Assembly: GCA_035221665.1 (NCBI GenBank)
Contig: CM069140.1
Location: 21,576,001 to 21,640,000 of the forward strand
DNA from: Okamejei kenojei
Taxonomy: Eukaryota
Length of the DNA stretch: 64,000 nt
Reading direction: 5' to 3'
Both the position numbers and the translations under genes were made by a program. Below are positions 12,862 to 27,540 of the stretch, piece by piece. The number at the start of each line of letters is the position of its first letter. The first letter of the stretch is position 1. The notes beneath the pieces were generated by a model. That model was not told the origin of the DNA. It made no database searches and saw only the letters and a list, made by a program, of their open reading frames with translations.

Positions 12862-13183
12862 ACGGTGGACACAGCGGTAGAGTTCTCCTTCCTTTACATG
12901 TGTTTACTATGCGCCAGAGATCCGGGCTCGATCCCGACTTCGGTGCTGGTCACTACAGAGTTGTACGTTCTTTTCCCTGTCTAAACGCATGGGGTTTTCT
13001 CGGAGATCTTCAGTTTCCTTCCACGTTCCCAAAATGTACAGGTTTGTAGGTTAATTGGCTTGGTATAAATATCAAATTGTCCCTAGATGTGTAGGATAAT
13101 GTGCGGGGATTGCTGGTTGGCGCGGACTCGGCAGGCAAAAGGGCCTGTTTCCACACTGCATCTCTAAACTAAACTAAACTAAA
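12862..13183 (+). mobile_element. HE1-type SINE
   Basis: cagcggtagagtt head, gggctcgatccc B-box, (taaac)n tail. Confidence 0.85.
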
Positions 13184-14822
13184 ATTGTCTCTGATGCATA
13201 CGAACGGGTGGGTCTTGCATTCAATATCCACTAATGAGGAAGTCTTGAACGAGGGCACATTGTTACAAAGAAAGAGTCATTTAAAATGCAGGTGTGTATG
13301 AGCTACTGCTTGCAGAGACTGGTGAATAGAGATTGGGCCTTGAAGTAAATGGCCCAAGTCAACAACGCAGGCATCTGTCAATAAAGGTTTGTGACAAAAC
13401 CTTGTAAAATGAGGACTGTTTCCCATATCTTGGGAGCCTTCTCTGTGAAGGCTGATATTGATAATGAAATTTGGTGCACCAATGTAGCCTTGTCCATCTA
13501 AGGAAAAATATATATTTGAAGACCTTGAGTGACCAAGAACCCAAACCTGACAAAAAATGAATGGTCTATGGGATAGCAGAGATCTCTACCCTTCTATGTT
13601 TTTGAGACTTGGATAAACTGCGGCAGTTGCCTCAAAGTAAAATACTCCATGTTTACTGGAAGGATAGCAAACCAAGTCAGATCGCGCGGACGGAGTGACC
13701 ATTATGTGTTTGATCTTTTCGTTTCTGAACAACTTGTGCCGGATCCCGCGCAACGCCTGGTGGATTACCCCCATTGCTAACGTCCGTTTTTTTCTCTTCT
13801 TCCATTCCAATACTGACCTTTTTTGTCAAATACTGACATTCCTCAATACTTGAACAACTAGCTCATGTTCTGCCTGGGTAACTTGCAACCCAACATTATG
13901 AACATTTGAATTCTCCAATTTTAGATAACTGCATAACCCTCCCCTCTTTTCTCTCGCCCGCATCCTCACCCCTCCCCCCCCCGGGTCCCACTTAGACATA
14001 TATTTTTCCCCTCGTCCTTCCCTTCCACCATCCCTGACATCCTATAATTTGCATAAAACCTTCTTAAACATGCAACTGACATCTGGCTGATAACTATTCA
14101 AAATAAAAGAGATGGTAAGGTCCTGAAGCCTGCCCTGCCATTCACTATGCTCCTGAATGGCCAATATGCTTCAACCCTTCGCTCGTCCTCTCTGCCATTT
14201 TTTGAAAGCTCTCAATTTGCCAGTCTTACAATAAAATGGCTACCTCAAATGGCTCTCTTAATCTAGCCTCCACAACCAACTAGGGTGGGGAATTATGAAT
14301 ATTCACCAGTCTCTGCAAGCAGTAGCTCATACACACCTGCATTTTAAATGACTCTTTCTTTGTAATCAAATGCCCTCGTTCAAGACATCCTCATTAGTTG
14401 AAGCATTGAAGCATCTCTACCCTGCTCGATGATTCTCAAAGGATCCTTTGATGTTTCAGTAAGATCATTCTTATTCTTGTTATATGTCAGAGCAGACTGA
14501 AGCTAGCACAAATAATGGAAGAACATACCACCACCAAAACTATCCAATCGACCAGCCTATCTGGGACCTACTGTCCCCAGTACATTTGTGGATAGCACAT
14601 GATCAATAATTTAAGTACCTACAGAACTGGGTGAAAGCATGTCATTTTCAATCTTGTGGGACCAGGTTGGAGAAGAGAAATTATGCTCAGTGTGGGAAAA
14701 ATAGCTAGGACTTAGATAATTTGGCAAGTATGTAAAGGAAGAAGTAATTACTAGTTTGTCAAATATTTTCTAAAATTAAATAATTAACTATAGTCTGATT
14801 ATTATTTATTTTTCCCCCTCAG

Positions 14823-14920
14823 CTACTCCTCTTACCTGAAAGAATTTGGAAATTTGCAAAGGGATTTCTTGCTCTTTCAAGGGGGGGGGGTGGGGGTGGG
14901 GGGGTGGGACCTTCACTAAG
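14823..14920 (+). CDS. SMG7: SMG7 coding exon, corrupted in this sequence (expected ATPLPEEFELQGFLALRPSLR)
   Basis: ccccctcag acceptor then ct act cct ctt..cct gaa..gaa ttt..ttg caa..ttt ctt gct ctt with extra bases, a G-rich burst (14881-14908), then ga cct tca cta ag and gtaaaa at 14922. Confidence 0.75.
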
Positions 14921-15918
14921 CGTAAAAAAAACAACGCTTGAAAAAAGAAAATCAAAAAAATGATTAGCAACATAAATTGATATTTGCAAACTTTTGAAGG
15001 AAATCTAACTTTGTATTGACCAGATCATCTTTATCTATCCATTTTATTTATATGTTTATTTGTTTATTTGTTTATATTGTATTTATAGAATAGACAAGAA
15101 GAATTAAAATTGCAACTTTAACCCATCGGATTTCCAATGTGCCAATTCTATACCGTCAGATAAATCTTACGCCCAAGAGCTTCAATTAATTATTTCGACG
15201 TGGGGGGAAAAGCACAGAGGACTAAAACATCGTGTATTTGTCCACGTGAGAAAATTGTAATATCTATGATGGCTCTGGACTGAGACTCGGTAGAGAAATT
15301 TACAATGCAGAAATAGTTTTCCACACTACTGTCTCTCTGAAAGGTCCAATTGCAATTTCAATATTTTTCTGTTATTTCTCCCAAACGTTTTGAATATTCT
15401 CAATGTTTTAATATATACTCTTATAACACTCTGCTCCCCATAATTTGTTTATAGTAACATTTACCCATGTGTTAGATTTACCTCTGTTTTTTTAATTTTG
15501 TTTTCGAGATTTTTAAATAATGGACATTTTAACTTTCTCAGCAAATACTTTAATTCCTCGGGCCTACCTCAGCAGTCTTGGAGTTCATGTGATCCAAGTA
15601 TTATAAGTTTTGGTGGCACCAAGATGTATTTCATTTCCAAACTAAACTAAAATAGAAGGATTTTGGAACGTAAGATTGATTGTTTTCTTAACCAATTTTT
15701 GAGCATGTTGCTGCCTTCTGGGTCAGCAACAAATCAGAACTAAATTATCCAGCAAAAGTTATAAAATTCTATGTTTCATTTTATCACTAATTTGTTTAGT
15801 TTTGTAGAAGAGAATTGTCTGCAAGCTGACACTTACATACAGTTGCTCGAAGCTATACTATTAGATTTGGCCACATATGCACTTTGTAAAGTTTCTATAT
15901 ATTTTGATTATCTAACTA

Positions 15919-17713
15919 CAGTGCCCTCCATAATGTTTGGGACATCATTTATTTATTTGCCTCTGTACTCCACAATTTGAGATTTTAATAGAAAAAAACA
16001 CGTGGGTTAAAAAGTGCACATTGTCCGATTTTATTTTTTTATGAACATTATTGGTTTCCACCATGTAGAAATTACAGCAGTGTTTAATACATAGTCCCCC
16101 CCCCCCCCCCCCCCCATCTCAGGCACACCATAATGTTTGGCTCAACAGGAAATGGCGTTAGTAATTGCTCAGGTGTTTAAATTGCCTCCTGGATGCAGGT
16201 ATAAGAGGGCTCGCTTCGCAGGCAACCCAGTCGTTTCCTCGCAGTCTTTCCACATCACAATTTGGAACTTTAATAATGCTGTTTAATCAACTTGAGGACC
16301 AAAAGTTGTGCCAACTGAAAGGTACAAAGAAGCCTCATTAATGAGACTGAGAAACAAGAATAAAAACTGTTAAAGAGATATCTAGCCAAACCTTAGGGTT
16401 ACCAAAATCAACTTGATTGGAACAGTTTATTAAGAAGAAAGAGAGCACCGGTGAGCTTACTAATCGCAAAGACTGACAGCCAAGGAAGGACCTGCCACAT
16501 CTGATGACAGAAGAATTTTGCTCTTACTAAAGAAGAATAAAACCCAACACACCTGTCCAGACAATCGAAACACACGTCACGGATCGGGTGTGGATTAGTC
16601 AATACCCACGGCCCGGAAGTAACAGCATGAACAGAAATATAGCGGCTAACTGCGAGACGTCAACACTACACTGTTAGCGGCCAAAAATAGATATGGCCGT
16701 GTTTACATTCTGCCAAGAAGAGCTTAAAAGAGAGAACTACAGTCTCTGGAGAAAAATCCTTTGTGGACCCAGATGAGATGAAGATGTAACTTAATCAGAG
16801 GATGATGAAGAGCAAAAGTTTTGAGGAGAGGAAAGGAACTGCCCAAGATTCCTAACGCATACCACCTCATCTGTGAAACACGTGTGGGGGTGTTATAAGC
16901 CTTGACATGTATTGCTGCTGCTGAATATACAGCCTCAAACTTATCTTCATTGCGATGAAACCACTGCAGATGGTAGTAGCATTATGAGATTACGAATGTA
17001 TCTAAGAACGACATCCTACTTACGCTGCTCACGTTCAATCTCAAATGCGCATTTAACAAATCCTTGGCTGGCGGTTCATTCTATCAGCTAAAACACATGA
17101 GAATCCCATACAAAATGTTTAAAGCAACTAGGAGTTTTTCAAATAGCGAAAAAAGATAAATTTCTTGAGTCTGGCGACGTCAATCACTAGAGCGATTGAA
17201 CCCAAGTGAGCGTAGCCTTTCATCGTTATCTGCTGAAAGGAGAAAAACTGAAAGGTACTAGCTCTCAACGGAGGAAACCAGGCATATAGCTAAATGATGG
17301 CCCTCAATACCAGGCTTGCAGAGCATCACCAAAGAAGTGATATCACAGCTGCGGATAATAACATGAACAGCAGCTTCAAAGGCAGTTTCTAACATTCGCG
17401 AAAGGCATATGCAAACATAAAATACTAGATAACATATCACTGACATTGCTCGGCGGACGTCAATCACATGATGTTGGGTGGCCTGAAATGGAGGGTTGAT
17501 GTATAAACTCGTGTAATTTCCACATGCGGTGAAACCAAACATGAATACAAAAACATGGCCTTTATTTTGTTAAAATCGGCGTTCGGAATGTTCTGCTCTT
17601 TAACCAATGTTGATTTATTTTTATTCTATATACTAATCTCAATTATGGATTTCAGAGCAACAAACATAAATGATGGGTATTTTGTCCCAAACTTTATTGG
17701 GGAGGGGGGCACG
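15919..17713 (+). mobile_element. Tc1/mariner transposon (second family), indel-ridden
   Basis: TA|cagtgccctccataatgtttgggaca ... tgtcccaaactttattggggaggggggcacg|TA; remnants of LW.DE.K and SSVKH. Confidence 0.85.
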
Positions 17714-20700
17714 TACAGTTACTCTCTCCCAACAGTGCATCTTGTAATCTAATGATATTAAAAACTCAAAATCCCCAAAAGATTGTATGTAATCTTTCAA
17801 GCTTGATTTTTACTACTCCTGTTTTACAGAGAATTGCTATATCTCTGCACCATTGACCTGCCTCCATTCGTTACCTCCGTTTTACCTATCGTGTGGTACT
17901 TAGAGCTAGACCCTAATCATGCTGGCTCATTAACTCACATTGAATATTGAGGAGGTTTTTCTTGGGTATACCTCTATTCTCTGCATATTTTGCAAACCTC
18001 AATTTCACCTAGTACCTAGGTTGACTAATACGTTGATTTGCCACCGCACAATCCGCCTCATTGAAATCTGATTCCTTTTGCAAATAATATTAATATGTGG
18101 ATCCACAAATCTTTCATTTCAAAACTTTTTGCACTTGGTTTAAATTCATAACTGGCTTGCCTGTCCTATTTACAGGTATAAATCTTCTTGCAGTCATCAG
18201 GTGGTTTGCGTGGCCGCTCTGGTTTGTTGATTTCGTAAAGCAGTCAATCTTTTCCCCTTTGGTTTGGTTAGTTGTAGTCTATTGTTCCAAACGCTGCTGT
18301 TTAGACTCCTCCTTGAGCTTCACTTTCCATTTTTTATATTTTTATTCCATCCATTTAAAAAAAAATCAAGAACTCGTAATTAAGTTAATATGAGACAACC
18401 GCTGTGGATTATTCTGTCAGTCAGTCATATGTAAGTGTTATTTTGAAAAGTCCTTTATTGACAGCTTAACAAAGGAGTCACCAAGGGCAGCGCTGGCTTG
18501 TGGACCTTAATAGTACTGAACAGTGATATTGACAATGCACTATCATGAAGTGCTTGGACAGAGACTGTCCCATGCCACACATCATCTCCAGTTCCCAGAC
18601 GGCTAGATTTCACTAAAATTCACCTGCGCCGTGGCAACAGGTCCTCGTCAGATTGCCAGCTCCTGGCCTTGCCCCATCCCTGAATATGTGGCTAACAATG
18701 ACATTCCTATTTATTTTGCTCTGTCCTTCACATATTTATATTGTAACTGACTGAATTTAATCTCCAAGTCCAGACCAGGATGGTAGCACTCACCTTCGCA
18801 ACTGTATACTTTACTTCCTCACCCATATGCACATAGTAAAGATCAAGAAAAGCAACACATCGAAGCCTCACTTCCTTAGAAGCTTTTTATTTAGGACGGT
18901 TTGGCATGTCCCAAACAAATCCTCACCAACATCCACAGATGAGCCATAGAGAACGCATTTTTATTGGGATGCATCACAGCTTGTGTGGGACATGATCCAA
19001 CCCAAGACAGCAAGAAATGCAGAAAATTGTCGATGTAACTGCAGACCATCACGTAAACTAAACCTCCTTACATGGACTCCATTACACCACTTTGCCTGCC
19101 TTGACGAGCCACACAATAATCAAGGACAGTCCCTCACTCCTAGGGGGCAGCTACTCCCTCTTCTCTTCCCCTCACAAACCTCCATTACAGCGTGGTGGGA
19201 TTGACTCTCTAACTTCGTAGCCCTTGCTTTTCCACTCGCTCTCCATGCCCCCCCATCCTATTTCTCTGACACTGACTGTCTCTGCTGCATGATTAAATTT
19301 TTTACATTGTAATGCCTCGTTATCATTTATTCCCCCACCTAGCTAACAATCTATTCGTACTATAATTTTCCTTGAACTTTATCCCCATTGAGATCTCTTG
19401 TTTTTCATCACCACCTTCATACCCCATTTATAATATATTACCCTTTCATATCTCTTGTTTTTTCTCCCCTCTCCCATTCTGACTCTTCGCATAGCTTGAA
19501 GAAGGTCCCTCGACCCAAAACGTCAGCCCCATCTCCTTCTATCACAAGCGATACTGCCTGTCCTGCTGAGTTACCAGTATTTTGTGTCTATTACCAGAAG
19601 TTTGAAAACGCACACCTCCAGATCAGGGACAGTTTCTCCAACTGTTATCAGGCAACTGAACCCCCGCGCTCTCACCCAGCCTAGAACACAGAGTCCATCT
19701 ACATCATTGTGAGACCTTTATGGAATTATCTTGTAATCGAGCTTTATCGTTCTTGCACTAAATGATTATAACCACTTTAATCGGGCTTGTGCATCTGTAT
19801 AACACTAGTGGACTGCTTGATTGTAATCATGTATTAGTTTTTTTTTAGTCATATGCGGGTACGTAATATAAAGAGGCAATAATCTTGGGGTGGGGGGGGG
19901 GAATGAATTAAGCTTTTCACTCCCATAGGTCTCTGAGGCGGGAGTTGCATGGTTATTTATACACGGTTTTTCAACTAATACCTCGGTATAGTAAATAATA
20001 AAACTAAGGATAGACAACACCACTTCCGTCACAATCATGTCAACGCCAATGTCCTGTACGTAGCTATTTCAGCCATTGCTATAAATACTTCCTGTTCACA
20101 CTCACAATTGGTGCATCCACAATTCTTCTCAAACTCCATTACAAAGTTTGAGATTGTACCATCGAGATTGAGTGGCCTCTTAAACACGATGATGAGATGA
20201 TGAATACTAGGAAGGAGAGAATAGGGATGTTAATCAAATGATGTCAAGGCAACACCTCTGCCATCCCTGTCGCAAAACTAAGGAGCAGGTTGTCAACTCA
20301 GGATGCGGTTGCAAACAGACCCGCCCAAATAGAGTCGATGATGTTAAAGAGGAGATATTTGAGCGCTTTTAGAGTTCGGTGGGTGTAAATATCACCCGAC
20401 AGTTTTGTGTCCTAAGTCCAACCATAATTGATGCTATGGCCAATAAAACACAATCAACACACTTTAACTTTCTCAGAAGTCTAAGTCTCATGTTTCCAAA
20501 GAAATCTTGCCAATTTTTATTATCAATGTGGCGCCGTATTGAAGGCATCGCAATAGGGACACATCACAGCTTGGTATGCAAACCTATCCGCCCAAAGACC
20601 ACAAAAAAGGGTTGTGAACACAACTCAGCGTGTATTACTAACCATCCTCCCTCACCACCCGCATCCTCCAATCCCTCCGGAAAATCCACGTACAATTGCA

Positions 20701-23297
20701 CAGCTGCCTCAAGAAGGTAGCCAACAAAGTCAAGACCACTGGGATCCCAGACAGTATGCTAAGCCCCCAGCTTTGCTTTCTTAAATATAAAAGACTTATA
20801 ATCCACAACATATGTTCAGGATTCCATAATGGATAACAAGGAACTGCAGATGCTGTTTACATGCTCCTGGATCTTCCCATTAATTCACTCTGCTCTCTGT
20901 GCTCCCTTTAACGTATGTCCTACTCCACACACTTCTAAACTCAGGGGACCTATTTCATGCTCTTAGAATATACAGTTGACGACTCTCCCACTTGTCATCA
21001 ATCCTTATTAACTCACCAGGGACCCTGCTCACATATCGCTTTCGTGTATAATCAACAGATTTTGTTTTGTTTCATTATCTTGCGGTTTGGCTGATAAATG
21101 TGATTATCTAGGTGTATAGCAGCTATGGAAAAGAAATGGGAATTAACATGGCCTTTGATACTTAAGTTGGAATAATCCCCTGTAATCTAGACGAATTTGG
21201 CATTCATTCTTTGCCAAACTCATGAGGTTCCGAGTTTATTTGTATTTTTACTATTTGTTGCATCAAACCATTGCCTTTCATTCCCGTACATATTATTGTA
21301 ATCAACATTGAAAACTAATTTTATTCACTATACAGAAAGGGAGCAATGGTATGCTAGTAGTCCGTGGCTGTTTCCACTCTGTCCATCCTGTCTTCTCATT
21401 TTAACAGTGGATCTGTCCTTTACACAATTCATAAGAGTAGATTAAATAAATATGTACCAAAGCAAACAGATTTTATTTGCATGGTAATCCACATATTTCC
21501 AGAGGCTGTACTTTGCGTAATAAGTTGTTTGCCGACTGTCAGATTAGTGTTCAAGCAAGAGAAGAGCAATAGTTTTATAGCATTTATTTAAATGCACACA
21601 GTCGTAAAATTCAAGATGGTACTTTGCTAACTAAAAGGACAAGATAATTTGTGACCAATGAAATAGAATACTTATAATTGTAATGGTATCCGAGGTATCA
21701 TTTGACCAGAATTAATGAATCCATATTTGAGATGGCATTATTTGGAAATGACACAAAGTAATTCTGATTCTGCTCCCTCCATGAGTTTAAGAAATGAAAG
21801 TAACTTATCCGTTACGTCAAACCATTTATCATTTATTAGGTACCCTTATCGCAACAATACTTCTCCCTGGCTATACTTTATATCTTAATTATCTTGCCGG
21901 ATAAAATGGAAGTAAACCAATCAGAATCTTTTGAGGGGGTAGAAGTAACTCATGCTTTTCCTCATTTTGCTATTCTGTCTGACATGCTTGCCTATATGGC
22001 AGTTTAATCTTTTAATTATTTTTCCCTTCACACAGAGGGTAATTGCTACTTATTCTTCGGATTTCTTGTATTGTTTTGAAATCTGCCTTAATTATATCAC
22101 ACTCATAGTTTTAAACAACAAGGATATAAAACCAACGTGTCTGCAATGCATTGCATTCATGTTTAACTATGTTGAAAATCAAAGCTTGCTTAGTGCAGTG
22201 ACCTAAAACTAACTAATATTACTTTCGTACTTTATGTGCAAACTTATCAAACTCTTTATAAATGTGAAATGTAAATGACAATTGAAAATTGATATAAAAG
22301 TATTGTTCAGTGGGATCCTGTAATTAATGTCTTACAAAACTGTTGATCTAGAATTTCTAATACTCGTTGCCCAATGTCTGGTGTGACGTCATTTTCTTTT
22401 CTCATTTCCAGCTGCTTTTTGAGAACATCTTGGTTTGTTTCTTTCTTGGTTCCCACTCATGATTGTGATACCTCAAATTAATTCATCCTGACTTCACATA
22501 TGTAATTGTTCTGTTATTCTGTAATCTTCTACTGAATGAACCATTTAACATTATCCTGCACACAATCTAAATAAACACTATCTTTTTCCACTTCAACCCA
22601 TATATTTAATGTCCCGTGTAGTAGAACACTAGTATGTTGCCGCTTGCCAATCAAAAAAGTGCTTGCCGTTTTAATTCACACTCCTACTCACTGTGCTTCC
22701 TAATTCCAATTGATTTCTTTATATATGTTGTCACCTTTGCTTTTTAAATTCCCTGTACAAAACAAGTAGCAAATCCTTCTAAGTACATTTCAGTTTTCTT
22801 ATGTTTTGATCGAAGTCCTGAAGCTAAGTTCACAGTGGTTCCTTCTTCCCTCCCTTCCAGGCCCCCTGGAGAGTTTGCTTTATTGGAGTCATTGCACAAC
22901 TCTTCTTAAATCTATAACATTAACTGTCACTTACCATTCGTTGAGATGATTGTGCACTCTGTGCTGTGATGCTTTAAACTGACTTTAGAAGGGGTTTGCA
23001 GCAAGCAGAGAAGTGTTTAAAATACAATTTCTTTAAAAATTAGGCAAGATATGCCCAACTTTGTTTCCTGCATGGCTTATGGCGTACCCCCACAATGCTT
23101 TTTCTTTCCACCTGAAACCATCTGATTGCTGTTCTTAGGTCTATTTATTTAAATTTTAGTTTTAAAATAATCCAATAATGTTTTATTTTAAATAATTCCA
23201 AGGATGTCCTTTTTTTTTTTACTTTACCATTGTTTCTGTTCTGTATAATAATCCTGTTCAAGATGCTCTATACGTTGATGTATTTCATTCTTTAAAG

Positions 23298-23430
23298 AAA
23301 TCAGGATTTCTCGACGAGTATCTATAGCCGCACCAAGGAATAGTGGGAGACAGGAAGGGCAGCACTCTAAGGACAAAAACGCCATCAGCGGAATGATTGC
23401 TTGGGAAAGTGGATACAGAAAATCATTCCA
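23298..23430 (+). CDS. SMG7: SMG7 coding exon, corrupted (N.DFS..HQGIVGDREGQ...RHQRMIALGKWI..NH)
   Basis: tttaaag acceptor; cac caa gga ata gtg gga gac and ttg gga aag tgg ata recognisable across several indels; correct position in exon order; boundaries approximate. Confidence 0.7.
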
Positions 23431-25181
23431 GTATATTTGCGTCAACTGAAATTAGGGTTTAAAATCACGATTTAAGATGAACAAATTACATTTGGCTGAC
23501 AAGTAGCTTACCAAGGAAAGATAATTTGAATCATTTTCATTTAAACTTTAATTTCATCTTAGAATTTTTCCCAAAAAACACAAACAAAACAATGACTTGC
23601 TTCTCTGATGACCAGCAGTTTTATCCAATGGGTCTGAGCCTTCAAACCAGAAGGGTTCTTAGTTTATCTCTGACTTGCATTGGCTATCTGCTGCCAATGC
23701 AGTATTATAATTGCCGCTGGTTTAATGTTTAATGTTCTACAGCAATTAGGTAATATATGGACAGACAGTATTGGCCTTGTTGCAGTTAAAGTATCTTTAG
23801 TATTTTTTGGAAAAGGGTAAAAATAAATTTGTGCAATTAAAGGACAGATTGATTTTTTTACACCTCCAGAAATCTATCAACACATTAGAAAGGAGGGTAG
23901 AGGAAGTAGGCAAATTTGATAATGTATAAGATGACCACTGTAATTTGTTGACATGGCCAAGCATAAAACTTACATACAGTAACTAATTACACTTATAATT
24001 GGTAGGTTTGTTAGTATTTATATGTTTGAAAACTTTAGTTTGTGCCTAAAAAATTAAATTTATATTCCTTAAATTGTGTGGTATTGACGCATTGCAATCT
24101 CTCACAGAATTGCAAATGAAAAAGCTATAAAAAGATTACTTAATATTCTCTGGACATGGTCTTATTTGGGCACTTTGCCCTTTTGAGGCAATGCAGTCGT
24201 AAGGTTTCTCCTTGTTAACCATCTTCTAACCCCTTTTTTCCCACAAAGACATGTTTAGTGGATCCAGATTCTAGCAGAAGAAGGGCTGGACAAGCTTCTC
24301 ACAAAAATATGCTTTCGCTCCATCCTGTCCGCTTAATATTGAAGCATTGATTTTTTTTACAATTTAGCCATGAGACTCATGGGAATAATTTGGCTCAAAA
24401 TCCATTATCTAATCTTGTGCAAGGAGCTAAAATAAAGACACTTAAAGAGAAGGTAAATATCATGTAGTTTGCTATTTATGACTGTTATTGGAACAAAAAT
24501 GCGAGATCTGAAATTTGAAACGAAGCATAATCAAACATCACATCAACACGGCCATGCAAGAAAGAAATCAACTGCAGTTTATCTTCTTTGGAATTTGAAG
24601 AATGAGGGAATATAAATTTATTTGATTGCACAGAGGAGACAGGGAAGAAAAAAACAATGGTTAAGAATGCTGTTGTCGACCACATTGCCAATAACTTCAT
24701 AAAACAATCGGTCAGAGACGATAAAGAAATCTGATTGAAACATAGTATCATACAACTTGGGTGAGGTTCAAACTTTATATTGGAGGGGGCGAGTGTGACA
24801 CATATCTCTGTTTTTTTAAGATGATGGCTTACCACGACACATTTCAACTACCAGGTACACTCTATCTCACACACACCACCCAGTTCAAGCCACACCAACA
24901 CTGCCCCTTTCTGCAACTTAAAGCATGTTTGGTTTTTCACGTTCCCACTTCTGAATGAAGGGGCCTTGACCTGAAATGTTGCTTAATCTCCGACAGATCT
25001 TTTGAACATCCTCACCAGTACTTTTGAAGAGTTGTGCTTGTTTCATTAGGAAAAAAGATAAATGCCTGCGCTGAGTACAGAAAACTCCAAGAAATGTATT
25101 CAAACATGTTAGGCTTGAAGATTTATTAAGAGATTGATTTACGGCTTCAATGCATTTTTAATTATTATAAATAAGACATAT

Positions 25182-25580
25182 GTTAAACATAGAATGAAAT
25201 AGGTGCAGGAGGAGGCCATGCGCCCTTCGAACCAGCACCGCCATTCCATTGCGATCATGCTGATCATCCCAATCAAATAACCCGTGCCTACCTTCCCCAA
25301 TATCCTTGATCCCACTAGCCCCTAGCTACTACTCTCGGCGATTAAATCCATCCAGTTGTATTTTGGCCTCCACTGGCCCTCCGTGGCAGAATTCCACAAA
25401 TTCACAACTCTCTGGTGAAAAAGTTTTTTCTCACCTCCAGTCTTAAGATGGATAGAGCCTCCCCTTTATTCTAAGACTGTGGGCCCCTGGGTACTGGGCT
25501 CGTCAACATTGGGAATATTTTTCCTGCAATCTAACTTGTCCAGATCCTTTTTAATTTTTATGTATCTAGAAGATCCCCCT
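25182..25580 (-). mobile_element. CR1 3' fragment
   Basis: aaacatagaa..ataggtgcaggaggaggcc tail as in 45267 and 47140 copies. Confidence 0.8.
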
Positions 25581-26365
25581 CTGGGTAGGTTAAGTCACTC
25601 AAATTATTATATCATTCAGTCCTAAAAAACTATTTACTCCAAGTAATCAGCTATAGTCGATTTGTCGTCAACTCCACTGCTACTTAGCTTAATTCAAATA
25701 TCCCTTGCAAATACAAAGCTAATCTATTTGGTCGCTGTTTTTTTAAATTTTCAAATAGATATTGGGAATGATGTTTCAGATTCTTCACATACCGTTAGTT
25801 TGACAATGAGCAGCAAACTAGCAATAGCTCTCTCTCAACCTCCCGTTTCAGAGGATAATGCCTCTTTGATCATTAATGTCAATTTAACTTTCCTTTCTCT
25901 GCTTATATAGAACTTCAATGCCCTTTAGTCTCCAAGCAATCAACAGTAGCCACGCTTTTTTGTGTGTAAAAGGGGAAGGGCGATGTGTGTTTATCACTAA
26001 TATATAAGTTATATTGAATCAAATAGAAGTATTTAAAGTTTGGTCTAATGCTTACTGAAGGAAAAAAATGGACAGCCCAGAATCTCCATGGAAAGTATTT
26101 CTTACTATTGCCCTGCCAGAATTTTTTATTTTTATGGTCACGTGCTTTGTTCTGGACTCTCCGAGGGGATGGGGGGATTAGAGCCATTCCTATTCATCTA
26201 TCTTACAAGTCACCGTCACTCATTCAACATATTTATATTAATCTTTGATTTACTATACCAAATGGAATCCAATGTTGTGAATGCAAACCATTATAATTTA
26301 ATCTGTTTGCTTCCGTTAAAGCAGGTTATGTGTGCATATTTTCTCACGAGTTGTTAATTTCCCAG

Positions 26366-26792
26366 ACTTATCCAGAGCAGAAATGAAGAAGGTAAACTAG
26401 TGTTCGTAACTGACATCCCGGAATTGGCTAACGAAGAGTCATCTGAAACAAAGGACAGCCTGATTTTACTGGAACCTCCCTTTTCAGAACCAACTAGTGT
26501 TGAGATTGGTCAAGGTTAAATCTGTTTGTCATCAGTCAAGACCACAGAGTAACAGTTTTCCGAAAGTGGAGAGAAACTGGTTACCTTCAAGGAGAATATT
26601 AAACCACGAGAACAGAATCGGAATCATCATCAGAAAGAAGGCATGAAAGAAAGATGGGACTATAACAAAGGAAATGATATTGCAAACAAAATGGATGTAA
26701 AAAGAGAGAGCAATAAAAGGAAGACTGAACCAAAGAAAAATAATCAGGACAAGAACCTGGAACATGCTCGGAAACAGAATGTGGCAGTGCAG
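26366..26792 (+). CDS. SMG7: SMG7 coding exon with local frameshift noise
   Basis: cccag acceptor, CAG|gtaggg donor; LIQSRNEEGKLVFVTDIPEL...EKLVTFKENIKPRE...KRKTEPKK...RKQNVAVQ; apparent TAA at 26517 and 26550 where GLKSVLS is expected. Confidence 0.9.
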
Positions 26793-27290
26793 GTAGGGAA
26801 CTGCCTTTTTCTTTGCATTGACATATGAAGTTTCTTGGAATAGAAATTCTTTCATTTAGAATGTATTGCATTTGAACTGGTGTGTCAACTGACTAGCAAT
26901 CGCCAGTCAGATTGTGGATTGAAAAAGTTTCATTAAAAAAAAACTTGAATATGAGTAACAAAACATTTTAGACTCACTGCATTTGATTATTGTCCTCGTA
27001 CCTTAATCATAAGTAACCGATAGTTTATGAACATTAAATCCAAGGCCTTTGTTACTGTCGAGGTAAGCACTAAAGATTCTGGCAAAAAGAAGTCTTTACA
27101 GTTGTCCTTGAAGGTCCCCCGACAAATGACATAAATTAATGGACCCGGCCAAGTATTTATTACTTCTTATAGCAATTCACTCGCAAAATTATAGCAATTT
27201 GGCTCGCTCTCGAAACGAAAACATTATGGAGTCATCTAAACTTTTGATCATTGCATACTATAAACTATGAAAAAACAGGCAGTACAACAT

Positions 27291-27540
27291 ATGTGTTTAA
27301 AGAAGGCACTGCAGATGGCTGAGAATCGAGTACACAAAAAAGCTGGAGAAACTCAGCGGGTGCAGCAGCACGTCTCTCACAAGGAGCGAAGGAGATAGGG
27401 CGATGTTTTCGGGTCGAGACCCTTCTTTCAGACCCTCCTTCAGTCTGAAGAAGAAAGGTCCTCGACCCTAACTCACCTTCTCCTTCGCTCCTTAGATGCT
27501 GCTGCAACCCGTCTGAGTTTCTCCAGCGTTTTGGTACCGT
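27291..27540. mobile_element. Penelope-derived palindromic element with TSD
   Basis: inverted arms gctggagaaactcagcgggtgcagcagc / gctgctgcaacccgtctgagtttctccagc; TSD gtacaacat at 27282-27290 and 27543-27551. Confidence 0.7.

Noticed and set aside
14881-14908. G-quadruplex-forming tract
   Set aside because: Sits in the middle of a conserved coding exon in the noisy region; most likely a sequencing burst artefact.
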